Of a DNA stretch of 64,000 bases, positions 25,621 through 37,930 are shown in pieces. Every line of letters starts with the position of its first letter. Positions within the stretch are counted from its first letter, which is position 1. The position numbers and the translations under genes are program-made. The notes under the pieces were generated by a model. The model was not told the origin of the DNA and ran no database searches. It was given only the letters and a program-made list of their open reading frames with translations. The DNA is from Tubulanus polymorphus (taxonomy: Eukaryota > Animalia > Nemertea). Location: NCBI RefSeq assembly GCF_964204645.1, contig NC_134032.1, positions 2,938,175 through 3,002,174 of the forward strand. Direction: 5' to 3'.

Positions 25621-26305
25621 ATGCTTAATCAACAACAATCAAACATCATTTTCTTAGCTACCGCTGGCCATAGCCTGTGTATTCTTGGTCAAGCAGGTAC
25701 TGGCAAGTCGTTTTGTTTGCACCATATATATAAAACCATGCGTAGAAATGGTAAGGTGGAATCAGTTTGTGCGAGTACTGGCATAGCATGCCTCCAGCTC
25801 TAGCAATATGAATGCAAAGACTTTACATAATTGGAGTGGTATTCAAGATGGACGATATTCGAAATCTGAATTATTTCATCGGTTTTTACATGATTCTTCA
25901 TTATCCAATGTAAAGTCTGCTATATCTGAGACAGAGGTTTTGATCATTGATGAAATCTCGATGATATCCCGTCATGTTTTCGAACAGGTGGAGTATGTTT
26001 GTCGGTTAGTTCGTAATAATGATAGTAATTTTGGAGGATTGCAAGTTATTCTTAGTGGTGACTTCTTTCAGCTCCCACTTTTTCCAAATCCATCCTGTTA
26101 TGATGACGATAAATACTGCTTTATGAGTGATGTTTTCAAATTCCATCACGTATGTATTTTGGAGCAAGTAGTTCGTCAAAGTGAAATGAGAAACAGAATT
26201 CAATTAGATTCATTACCTGGAGAAATTAAAATCTACAAGTCATCCAATGAATTTGGTTCACTATCAGACATCAATTCACTTTCAGCTATTCAGAATCTAT
26301 ATTAA
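25621..26305 (+). pseudogene. PIF1-family (SF1B) helicase remnant
   Basis: GQAGTGKS, ASTGIA, VLIIDEISM, FGGLQVILSGDFFQLP, LEQVVRQ; stop and frameshift at ~25803, then truncated. Confidence 0.85.
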
Positions 26306-26579
26306 CGGAAACGTATTTGGAACCTTACACGTCTCTATCTAAAAAATACGGATTGCAGTAAATCCCAATGCATTTCAGTAAACCACACCAATCGGTTACT
26401 TGGTTTTCCATGAGGGAATAATAGCACATGAAAAACACCTCAATGTTACAATACGGGTTTCGGCAAATCTCATGAAATTCAGTATCTCCGGCCAATCAGT
26501 AACTTAGAATGCGACAATATTGTCAGTACAGCTATAAAACCATTGCACACTGTTGCTGACTGAAAGTATCGAGATGTCA

Positions 26580-27790
26580 GCATGAACGCACGAAGATTCA
26601 ACGCGGCATCCGTCGAGAAACTGTATAAGTCGGCCTACAGGGTCAAATATTATTTGGAAGACACTCTGCCGGAGGAAACTCTTCGCTTTCTAGAAAAGGG
26701 CTTTTAACGTCAGTTATGTATTGATACAATTTTAACGTCAGCAAGACATTAAATTTGTCGGTTATTATATCTACCACAGCTGCATAAATGGGGCCCAACA
26801 CAACGATTAAAGTTGGACCACACCTGTCGACGTCACTGAATATATTCATGACAACAGTTGCAGCATCGGGGGCGGGCAAAAGTATTGCCTTCGACAAGTT
26901 AATGAAACCGGCCTTTAATACTTTTTAGGCTGCGAAACACGAGTCTCTGCAAGTCACCAACAACGTTCCGGCGGTTATGGAATTATAACATCGGACGAAG
27001 GAGGACGAATCCTTAAAGCAATCATCCAAAAACAAAGCAAAGGGGAGTCTGAGCAAGCTCTATTTTGTTAACTATTGGGGGGAGGAGGCGGCGAAGGAGA
27101 TGCCGTTAATCTATCATCAGGACAACGTGGATTTGACAAAACGGTCAAAATAGTTTCTCCATGCACATGATAACTTAGCCAGACACCTAGCTGACTGAAT
27201 TGGTGCAGATTCAAGGAACGGCAGATGGTTTTTATGACAGGTTTATTTGTATGGTGTGCAAGCCAAAATATTTTGCGGCCGAAATAAACAACGAAAACGC
27301 CGCTCTTTTTATAAAGCTGATGTCATTAATGATAAATACGATATAATATACAATACGCACAGCCGGCCGAGGGTTTACACCCTCGATGCAGCAGCATCGA
27401 CAATGTACACTACCCTCAAAAACAACTTTGCTGCATATATGGCTGCAAAATATGCATCCGACTCATCAGACGATAAGTACAATTATTTCTTTAATGACAG
27501 TTCACGTTATGTATTGATACAATTTGCAGGCAATCTAACGTGTTACGTTACATTGTTTCAGACGATGAAATGGCGATACTGATACCTAAATGGAAACTCC
27601 TAAAATGGAGGCATCGCTGATGTCCACGAAAGATCCGATGCACGTGGTTAAACTTGTAGCAGTGCTCCATGTGTTTTGTACGGCACGAACTGGAGTTGAC
27701 ATCCCACTAGTCTTTAATGAACAGATGTGGAGCGTAGCAACGTCATTACTGCATGGCTCTAAAAAGCAAAAGGCAGTGTTCACAGAGGTA
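26580..27790 (+). pseudogene. Decayed P-loop ATPase/helicase resembling the DUF3987/YfjI family
   Basis: VGPHLSTSLNIFMTTVAASGAGKSIAFDKLMKPAF at ~26810-26915; later STKDPMHVVKLVAVLHVF flanked by ag/gt splice-like sites. Family assigned from recall. Confidence 0.45.
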
Positions 27791-28619
27791 TGTACACACA
27801 CAAAGTATATATGTACCTATTTGTTGTCAGTGATTTTTAAAGTTTCTATACTAACCGTTTCATTTACTTCCAGACAGTATCTTCCCTTTCCAAGGCCACG
27901 ATCAATGAATGCGCCTCGTGTTTTTACTAACCAACAGAAGGTGGTTAATGTCATTTTGTAAAGTGACAGCCCGATTATACCTGTAAGAGCTATACAGAAG
28001 AGAATTCGAGGTAATACAGCACTCACACTTAAAAGTAAGCAATTGTTTTCATACTCCATGCTAATCATTTCAGAATAGATTATGTTATAGATATTCATGT
28101 TAAATACCTTTCGCATTGCGGTCGAATTGTCGATCATTTGTGAACAGATGCGCTTTGGCAAGTGGGAGAGGTTAAAATGCGGCCGAACATTTCGCGAGGT
28201 ATGCTACAAGCCACACCCCGACAGTTTCGATGCTACCCACGCCGCTGTATTAAATACAAACTTCAACCACGAACGGTATAGAGAACGTTTCAACAACTTC
28301 GGAAATACAGAGCAATCACTAAAACAAATCGCTGCAGATGACATTTGGAACTGAAATCATGCAACGAAATTTCGATTAGTGTTCTTACATAAATCACAAA
28401 GTACAGCACAGAAGGGGAAGTACGAATGTTATGTTACAACTGGTTTATTCTATACCTTACACGGAATATCCTTCGACCTACAACAATGACCACAGTAAGG
28501 GTTCAACACCACACGATCCTGCTGTAAAAAATTAGTAGGTTATCAATAAATAGTCAGCGAGTCGAAGATGACAGAAGCGGTCGTCTATAACCAATTACAG
28601 TACACTCACCGTTCGATCA

Positions 28620-28790
28620 CGCAGACGCTGTCCACGACGTCTACACTAAAATCAAAGTCTACTATAGCCCCGTACATACACCCATTCACGCTGACGCTGC
28701 CCACGATGTATACACTAAAATCAAAGTCTACTAAAACACAGTAAGGTATCAGGCTACCGTTGTCACACTAAAATCCAAAATGTACTATAA
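28620..28790. repeat. Short degenerate tandem repeat (tacactaaaatcaaagtctacta)
   Basis: Two clear copies plus one degenerate copy. Confidence 0.6.
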
Positions 28791-30079
28791 CCTCAGAGTT
28801 ACATTTAGTCTACTATGTACACGATTTGGTGGCGCTACTAAGCTAAATTCAATTCAATGACAATGAGACTTTATTTATGTGTCACAAAATCAACATTCTC
28901 CATTCTCATGATTTTAACTAATAAACATGCTCCTTAATGACACCTAAACTACAGTCGTACCGAATAGGTTTTCATCCACATCCCATTCAACCAGGAATTC
29001 GTGCATAAATACGACATTACACCACAAAAAGCTTCCCGAACGAGAAACTTATATCTTAATCTGTTTTCTAGCATCATTTTCATCATTTCCTTTCAGCCGC
29101 CATGACGAAATAAGGTTTGTTCTGGCAATTTGAAAATGACCGAATCCACTCCGCGGCATCCTCACCTGCCAGGATCTGAACCCCGCCTGCCGAAGCTTCG
29201 GTGTTTGGTGTGAAACTAGAAAGGATTCGCCATTGAAAATTCATAAATTGACTAGTGCTTTAATTGGCGACTTCAATATGTCAAAAACAATTGCTGGTGT
29301 GCATTTGACCATACTGTACCGATACACCGGGTCGCGAAATGAAAATCTGTTGGACCGCGGATTCATCTGCCCCGTTTAATGTCAGACTAAAAAGGATTCA
29401 CCAATGCAAAATTATGAATTGACCACACTGACCAATTCAAACTTTTCGAATATTGGAAAGATTTGATTTCGGCTAAAAAGGATTTCATCAACGCAAATTC
29501 AAAAGTTGACCACCCCTGATTACCACAAATGATAAATTTTCAAACCTTCGCGTCCGATGTCAAATTCGATGGGCTCGTTGCATTGTCAATCCTTGAACTG
29601 GCCAGCAGTACGTAACTACATAACTTAAAATGGTTTTTTCACATCTGGGCCTCATTCACTTGCCGCCGTGCCTTAATGTCAGATGTAGGCCTATCGTGTT
29701 ACATAGTAAAGCTAACACCGGTACATAAACTTTTTATAGCTTTACTCGAATTATCTGAACACAACAGAACTTGCAACAAAACTCAGAATGAATGAAAATG
29801 TTATTTTTTCCGTCCTAAGGCCACAGCTTTAGCCTTTCTCATTGGCCTATTAATTTGTTGTTCGAATGAAGTCAATTGACTTTATTCGATCATGGTGTTT
29901 ATTTATACGACCTTGATTCAATTTCAATTTATTTTATTTTATCCAGTAAAAGTAATTAATTTCCGGTTTACAAAACTAGGCCCTAGTATCACCACCTACA
30001 GTTTAATGCATTGATGTTTTTTTACGAAAACACGAGTTTGTCCTTCGTACTACCTTCTTCCTATTACTGGCCAACTTCA

Positions 30080-30235
30080 TCATGTTGAAGATTTTTGCCA
30101 GGTACGGACTTTTGTTGGATCAGTGAGTCGACGAGCACTGATATGTGGCTTACCTGTATAACATGGTTTCACAAGGATTCGAACCCAACCTCTCGGTTGT
30201 GAGCCTAACACCTTATCCACTACGCCACCATTCCA
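30080..30235 (-). mobile_element. tRNA-derived SINE
   Basis: A box TGGCGTAGTGG and B box GGTTCGAATCC followed by a non-tRNA body; no clean acceptor stem. Confidence 0.65.
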
Positions 30236-31599
30236 CAGGACAGGACAATTGTCTTTTTGATAAATAGCGCCATCTACTGACATTTTTACGCGTTGATGTC
30301 ATTTTCAAGAACACAAGAAGTTTGTCATTTTGGCGGGGATGGCCGCCTATAGTCGACACCGCGTTGCATCGTGGAAAAGACTAAGGGAATACTACAGAAA
30401 ACGTAGACGAATCTGTTGTTGGAAAACGTCCAATCTGCGCTGCTGCCGTTGTTGCTGATCAAAGAATCACGGCTATTGCAACGGCCGAGCATAACGACTA
30501 AAAATCTCTATGTGGATTCTGTTTTCTGAACATGAAACTCTCGTAATTTGCATTCATTTGTAATCAATTAGGTATTCTTTACCAACGTTATCTCCTCTTT
30601 GTGAAAATATAAATCAGCTTTAAATGTATATTATATTGAAATATTAATATTGCATAGGGGATACTTATTTTCACGAAATTTTGGGGCGGGAGTATGTCGT
30701 TACGTTTTAGTTTGATTTGTATGTATTATATTTCGTAAGCATGTATAATCGTTCAGTATTGAGTTTTGTGTAAATTTAGCGGTTGAAATCCTACAGTCAC
30801 GGTGCCTCAATAAATGGGTCCGATTTTTTGAGTACTGGGCTCACATGTAATGTAATGAGAGAGAAATAAACTACTGTTCGAAAATTGGGGTATACAGTCC
30901 TCGTCAGTCTCTACAACTGCAGTATGTTTTACATGTTCACACATCGTTGACAAAATGGAGGGTCCATATCGATTTATCGATGGAGACAATAAGAAAATAC
31001 CAGATCCAACCGTTGACTGCAGTGTTTGTTCAGATATTACGCCATGTCTGATAGATGACATCCCTCTCGCACTGCACGTCGGCCTTTACATGGTCTCAGG
31101 TTGATCGAAGCCATGGCTGTGCCACTGACTATTGATTCAACAATCCCATCCTACCGAGCTACCTGAACATCAACTTGCTGAAATATTTTCAGCAGTCTAA
31201 ACGCTACTGTGATTACTGATACGAATACAATCCATGAAGAGACAACTGAGTTTATTTTTCCAGAACTGAATGCGAATTACAAAAACATGTAGTTTTGAAT
31301 TGTTAAAATCAAATAAGTCTAATGGAATAGTCAAAACACATGTTGATGATATCCACACCGAGAGCGATTGTACGCATACAAAGGGTTATTTCAAAGAAGA
31401 TATGAACACTCAGTACTTTTATCAACAAAGCAGTCGAACACGAAACCTCTGGTCGTCAATTTTCGTTCTTCTTCGCCTGCAGCCGTGGCGCACACTGAGA
31501 CTTCTTTTCTTGTCAAAACAATACGCGCCAGAAGAGGATTACAGAATCGCTAGCTGCCTAAGTGATGATATATTCTTTACAAATTCTATTTCATTTTTA

Positions 31600-32640
31600 C
31601 ATTCTATTTCATTAACTAATTTCTCAATGCTTTAACTACTATACATTTGAAACATACAGCTTAATCTTTTTTCAATATATATTTATTATTTTTTTCATAT
31701 TCGATATGTTTAACTGTTTGATAATGTTTTGATTCATGTGATCTTAAATATTTGCCTCCACAATAACAATACACTTTCTCATTAGGATTGAATTTTCTAA
31801 TTTCATCACCTAAATTACATTGAACTGCAGCATCTTTGAATGATTTTTCGTTATCTAATTCACATTGAATACCAATATTTGATGAATTTTCATTATAGAT
31901 AATTTGTTTATTATCAAAATTGAAATAATATCATTGTCTCTTTTCAATTCTTAAGTTAATCAAATCATTGTAATCTTTAGAAAGTATTACATCACTTTTT
32001 CTTTCATTGAAAGGTGTTTTAAGAATATTTATTATGTTTTCATCTAAAGTTACTTTAAATTTTAAAACTGTATTGAATATTTTTAGATTTTTGATTCCAT
32101 TATCAAAAGTATCTACTAGTTCAGTAATTAAATATGTTTCATTTGATGATATTTGATTAATCATAGTAATGTTATCAATTTTATAATGTCTTGCTGACAC
32201 TAAATTTGTTTCTGAAATATAATTTCTAATGTTAAACTGTGAAAATAATTTATTGGTTTCATTGATTTCGATTTGGGTTGTTCTTCTTCTGTCTTCATTT
32301 ATATAACAAAACTTTTATTAAAACTCATTCAAATATAATTATTCACTGTTTTAAATATAAATTATTTCACTCACACTTTATTCACACTTTTAATGTTTAA
32401 AAATCTAACTGTTACAAATATAAATATTAAAATATGTTTAAAATATAAACTATTTCACTCCCACTTTACTCACGCTTTTATATTCGTTAAATTATCCATT
32501 TATTTTACTTATATTTTTATTCGAAATCTGTTAAAATATGAATTATTTCTCACACTTTACTCACACTTTTGTAATGAACATATAAATGATTTTAAAATAT
32601 ATGAAATTCATGTAAATAATGTTCATTAATATGAAATTAT
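31600..32640 (-). mobile_element. AT-rich Polinton-like remnant with a decayed ORF (ATG 32298) containing a C2H2-like finger
   Basis: tttgttatataaATG start matches the context at 2741-2755; KCYCCGGKYLRSHESKHYQTVKH; composition like the nearby pPolB. Confidence 0.5.
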
Positions 32641-33054
32641 TAGGAGTATATAGGAATATGTTGTTTCAGGTCAAAGGTTGAAGGGGAGAGTGTGCTCGAA
32701 GTCGGTGAAGAAAATCTTGGAGAAGAGAAATTAATTTTGATGAATTTGTTCGGTTTGTTTCACAGAACTAAAATGCACTGATTACTTTTTTTGTTTTGTA
32801 AATGTTCGGCCAGGTCGTCGAGGTCGACGGGAGTAGGTTGCGCTTAGATGCCGTAACGGCGTTGAACCCGGGATAGTAGGTCCTTATAGCTGCCGATAAA
32901 TCCAGTCCACGAACGCGCGTGCCAAAACAAAATCTTTAAAACAGGTGAAAATTAAGATCAAGATGAGCCAAGAGGTTTGTCTGTATGTCAGTGAGACTGA
33001 GACTCATTACCATCGCGCATTAGACCTGTTCGGTCTTTATATGCAAATAAGTAT

Positions 33055-33715
33055 GGGACCATTCATTTATTACGTACGCATCAAAATCCGATTTTTTAAC
33101 CCCCCTCCCCCTGTACGCATGCATACTTTTCCCAATACCCCCCCCCCTTTGTACGTACATTTTTCGTTATAGTGTACTTTCAGAATTAAACGCCGTAATG
33201 ATGATGATCGAGCCAGTTACGATAGTACTACTCACCCGGATCGTCGTCACTAATGAAGCGGGTGTTCATAAACCACGGAATTAAAAGACATACAACAACA
33301 AACAATTAAAATAAAATCAATGCATTCAATGCGTTCTTATTTGCATTCAACATTAATTACAACAATCGTCACAGAATCGATAGACTTGTTGCCTACGGTT
33401 TGTGTTGACTCGTTCGTTCTATTCATTGATGATATCGGCCGTACTCTGCCCATTCTCGTAGCTTTCCTATATGTTCCTATTCTTTGTTAGGTATCACGCT
33501 TAACTCAAAACCCGCTTTAGACGGAAGCTGGAAGATCGTTTACTGACAGTGACGCTTGAAATAGAATTACCCCCCCCCCCCCCACCAAGCGTACGTACAG
33601 GTACACGATCATTGAATTACCCCCCCCCCTCTCCATTCGTACATAACTGTACGCATTTGAACGGATCCCCTCCTCCCCCCCCCCCCCAACGTGCATACGT
33701 AATAAATGAATGGGC
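33055..33715. mobile_element. MITE / non-autonomous TIR element that truncates the pPolB intein
   Basis: TIRs ccattcatttattacgtacgca / tgcatacgtaataaatgaatgg; internal poly-C and cgtac repeats. Confidence 0.75.
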
Positions 33716-33719
33716 GCAC

Positions 33720-34212
33720 ATAATTTCTCATAATTTCAAATCTTGATTACATAAATACCAACAACATTTTGTACAATTAACATATTTATAAACACCTGCT
33801 GAACCATCACCCATAATCACCCTATTATAAATATTATAAATTATTTCATCAAATGACTTATGATTCATTCTTCGATAAAATCTTTTATGTAGTAATTCAT
33901 CTCCAATTTTTATATCGGTTGGTTTTATTTTATCACCATTTTGTTAACTAAACTATGATCTTCAGTAACACCTACAAACCCTAATTTAGGTCTAACTGTA
34001 TAAATATTTTTATTTGTTTTATGTCTAAATATATTCTTTGATTTTTTCCATCCATTTCTTGTCCAAACATCCAATGATCAATTTATTTGTATGAATTCTT
34101 TTTCACCATATAAAATATAAAATTCATTTTGTTTTGGAATTATTTCTGAAATTCTTCTAATTAATATTTGGTTATTGTATCTTAATAATATTGGGGTATC
34201 AGCTGTTACAGA
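33720..34212 (-). other. Intein (Hint N-terminal blocks plus start of a LAGLIDADG endonuclease), 3'-truncated and decayed
   Basis: YVD|SVTADTPILLR...IRRISEI (block A); VWTRNGW; IYTVR...VGVTEDHSL (block B TxxH); IKPTDIKIGDELLH; MGDGSAGVY...WYLCNQDL. Confidence 0.85.
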
Positions 34213-36100
34213 ATCAACATATTATATTTCAATATGCTTTTCCCCAAAAAGTGGTTGTAAAACATTATGATAAAAATGATACATTAATAATTTTGATATT
34301 TCTAAAACAGTTGGACCAATGAATATAGGTTTATTAAATTTCATTGACGTTCTTTTTAATTTTACCGCGGTTAAATAATCTTCAAATCTTTTATTTCCTT
34401 AATGTCTTGGACTTGATTGTAAATGTCTCAATCGTTCAGAATTATTTACTAGTTCAATATCATTTCTATTTCGAATATCCTCGCAAGTTTTTCAATAAAA
34501 ACTACTATTCATTAATTTGGAGAAATCTTTTTCAAAATCTGTTTTAAAGATGGTTCTCTGTTGAGTATTAAAATCTGTATATTTTTCTAACCACTTCGAT
34601 TGATTAAATTCAATATATCTATGTACTTTCTTTAATTCCATTCCTTGTTTTAAATAAACATCTAACATTCTATAATGAACAATATAATTGTATTTATTAT
34701 TTTGAGTAAGTATTAATTTTTCTGTAAAAACATGATCTTTCGGTTTTATTTTCTTCTGGTATTCACTTAAATAACTATCATCTACGGCTAAATGTTCTGG
34801 GCAATATGGTAAGTTTCTTGTTTTAAACATTATGTTATCAGGATATTCTAAATCAACTACAAAGAAATAACCAATTGGTGCTTCATCTTTTAAACCCATA
34901 ATTGCACTTTCCCAATCAGTTTTATCATCATTTTCAACTTCTGTTAATATCAAATTTTCATATGGTTGAGGTTGCATCATTGCCCAACCATATAGATTAT
35001 TTGCATCAATATACAATAATTTGTATTCATCATTTGCTTTAAAATGTCCCATAACACCACTAATTCCACCTCTAATTGATTTTTCAAATAATAAAACCAT
35101 GTCTGGTTCTTTTAATAAATCTAATTCTACATTTGTATATTTTAAACCACATTGCCAGGTTAAACCAGGACTTGAATAACAATAACAGGGATCAACATTA
35201 AAATGATTTAAATTAACTTCTCTAAATTTTATCATACAATCTGATTTTAAAAATAAATCTACTAAATCACCATGATTTTTTATCTTAAAATGATTCCAAA
35301 TATTCAATGTTCTATGAAACACTTCATCTTTCACATACTCCTCTTTTAAATGATCATAAAATTGTTCCTTTAATAATTCTGTTACATAAAAATCATCATG
35401 TGTTTTATAAAATGAATAAGGAATTGCGCCTTTATATCTCGATAATTTTAAATCTTGTTCATTTGGATAATAATATCGAGTTAGTATAAAATCATTATCA
35501 ACTAAACTTTTTGCTAAATTATCTAATGAACTTGCTAGAAATCTATAAGAATCTAAAAACCTAATGCAACCAAATTGAAATGAAATATAATTTTCAGATG
35601 TCTTAGCTAATAGTTTAAAATCATATATTCTTACATTTGCTTCATTCATAGCATTAAATTCTTCTATTTCTTGATTAATTGCGCCCAATTTTCCTGATAA
35701 TTGTTTAATAAATAGATGGGTATCATAGCCTGATAAATTATGAAATAATATTGGTGCGAAATTAACTTTCTTAGCTTGAAAATTCCAAGCTTCATGAGCA
35801 GCTCCACAATATTTTGAATTTAAATGATCGTGATCTCTAACTTGTTTAACAAATGAATAAAAACGTTTTTCACAGTAACAACAATGAGTTGGATAATTAA
35901 AATCAATTTCATCTTCTTTTGTCATAACTATTCTTTTATTTTTGTTCAATAATTTTGCAAAATCATTTTCTATTTCAACTATTTTATTACAGAATTCATT
36001 TACTACATCTTCACCTCTAAAAGAAACATATTGACTTTCATACAATTTAGGATAACTCGATTTTATATGACTTCCATAAGCAGCAGCTCTTTGATGAACT
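33720..36100 (-). pseudogene. Polinton protein-primed family B DNA polymerase (pPolB) pseudogene containing an intein
   Basis: EndoVII-like CCYC...RDHDH...GAAH; exonuclease FHNLSGYD and RFLDS; motif A LYIDANNLYGWAM; motif B KLMNSSFY*KT; KPIFIGPTVLEISKLLMY; motif C YVD followed by intein sequence. Confidence 0.92.
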
Positions 36101-36189
36101 TTTTAAATTGTATTTATAATTGGTTATGAATTATATCTTCATTTAGTTCATTTCCTTTATCCATTGATTTTAAAAAAAAGCTTTTTATT

Positions 36190-37930
36190 TAACAATAATA
36201 ATAATAATCAGCAGGAATACAATAGGGCTTCTGCGAAGGCAGCAGAAACCCTAATAATAATCAACAGAATTACAATAGGGTTCCTGCGAAAGCAGCAGAA
36301 ACCCTAATAATAATAATGAATATAGCAGCAAGCAGCGATAACGGGTTTCTGCCTTTCTGGATAGAATGTCGTTCAGGGAAACGAGCAAAGATTTCACACG
36401 AAATCAGTTCGTGACATTCCGTTTTTTGAAAGAGTGCCACCTAGGGGTCAACTCACAACATGGATATGTTGACCCACATGTGCTACTACGCGCAAAGTAC
36501 TAATGTGCCAGATTTTGGGGGAAATAACATCGAGAAGAACGGAGCTACGGTGTTTTTACCATTCGCTAGTGACAGTTTCAGCGCATATTCGGTTATTATT
36601 GGTTCCGAAAAAAGTCGACCAGATAAGAAAACCGAATTTGGCCCAAAGCACAAATTTGGCCTATAGGGTAAACTATGCAGGAGGGAAGGCCTAGTATTAC
36701 TATAAGTAGAGGAGTGACAAGTCAGTCTGATAAGTCAAGCGATCAGATGGGGACTACAATTCACATATGAAATTGATGTCCAATAACCATTATAAAAACA
36801 TAATCACGAACGGTACCAGCACTCCCCATTACTAACTGTCACTGGTCTCTGGCTAGCAATCATTCTTTATCGGTGCAGTGGGTAGGCATTTTCAACTGAC
36901 TTTGTTCTTCTATGACATTACCATCGCCGCTGCGTCACGATGTGATGTACATGTACAAGGGACCTCCAATTTGTAATGTATGTGATGTATAAACTGACTT
37001 TAGACCATTTAATATCGACGATAACAAGGTATCACCGACGCTGACATTTTCTGACGCTAACTAGTATGACCCGCCTTTTGGACCGGACCAATTCAATTCA
37101 ATTAAGAAAACGCGTACCGGTACAATGAATAAATAAACGGCTGTTGATTTTTCGAAGTATTGATATCCACGAACAAAACTATACTATTATAGAATGTTTA
37201 AAAGGGACTACTTTTAATAACAGTATGAATAAACTTACTTCACAAACAAGGAAGTACATTTTTAACTTGTGAATGGTCGAACTCCGGTTATTCACAGTAA
37301 CCTGTGATTTGGATATTCTCGGAGCCTTCCTTCTTTATTTATTTATGAAATGACGTCTAAAAATTTCAGATTCGCGCCAGTGTGCGCGCCATGATTGATG
37401 ATTGCTATTTCCACCGGTGTTATCTTTAAGTAACTTCAAGTTTAAAATAGGAAGCACAGTACATCCATAGAACCTGCGCGCAGCAAGAGACTGTTATATT
37501 ATTATCAGAGTTTAACATTTCGTTTCAAAGTTGTTAGTGGTCAAATCTAATAGAAGATGATATTTATGTGACGAAACTTAGTGGAAAATATGTTAAAATA
37601 ATAATCAGCAGGAATCCAATAGGGTTTCTGCCGAGGCAGCAGAAACCCTAATAATAATAATAACCAGCAGGAATACAATAGGGTTTCTGCGAAGGCAGCA
37701 TAAACACTAATAAACACGCGAATCTCAATAGGGTTTTCTGTGATGTAACAGAAAACCGTAATAATAATTATGCGAATGTCAATAGGGTTTTCTGTGAAGA
37801 AACAAAACAAACCCTAATATTAATCAGTACAATAACAATAGGGTTTCTGCGAAGGCAGCAGAAACCCTAATAGTAATCACGCGAATATTGATAGGGTTTT
37901 CTGTGAAGTAACAGAAAACCCTAATTATAA
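36190..37930. repeat. Hairpin-containing ~45-50 bp tandem repeats (36190-36320 and 37595-37930) flanking a Helentron/DINE-like insert
   Basis: Unit aatagggtttctgc(n)gcagaaaccctaataat. The atagc(a/t)gc...aagcagcgataacggg end at 36322 recurs at ~48127. Confidence 0.65.

Noticed and set aside
25621-26305. Autonomous Helitron or host PIF1 gene
   Set aside because: Interrupted and truncated; no Rep/HUH domain or Helitron ends identified.
30170-30235. tRNA gene
   Set aside because: A and B boxes are present but there is no proper acceptor stem; better explained as a SINE head.
37595-37930. CRISPR-like array of palindromic repeats
   Set aside because: No unique spacers, degenerate units, no cas genes, eukaryotic context.
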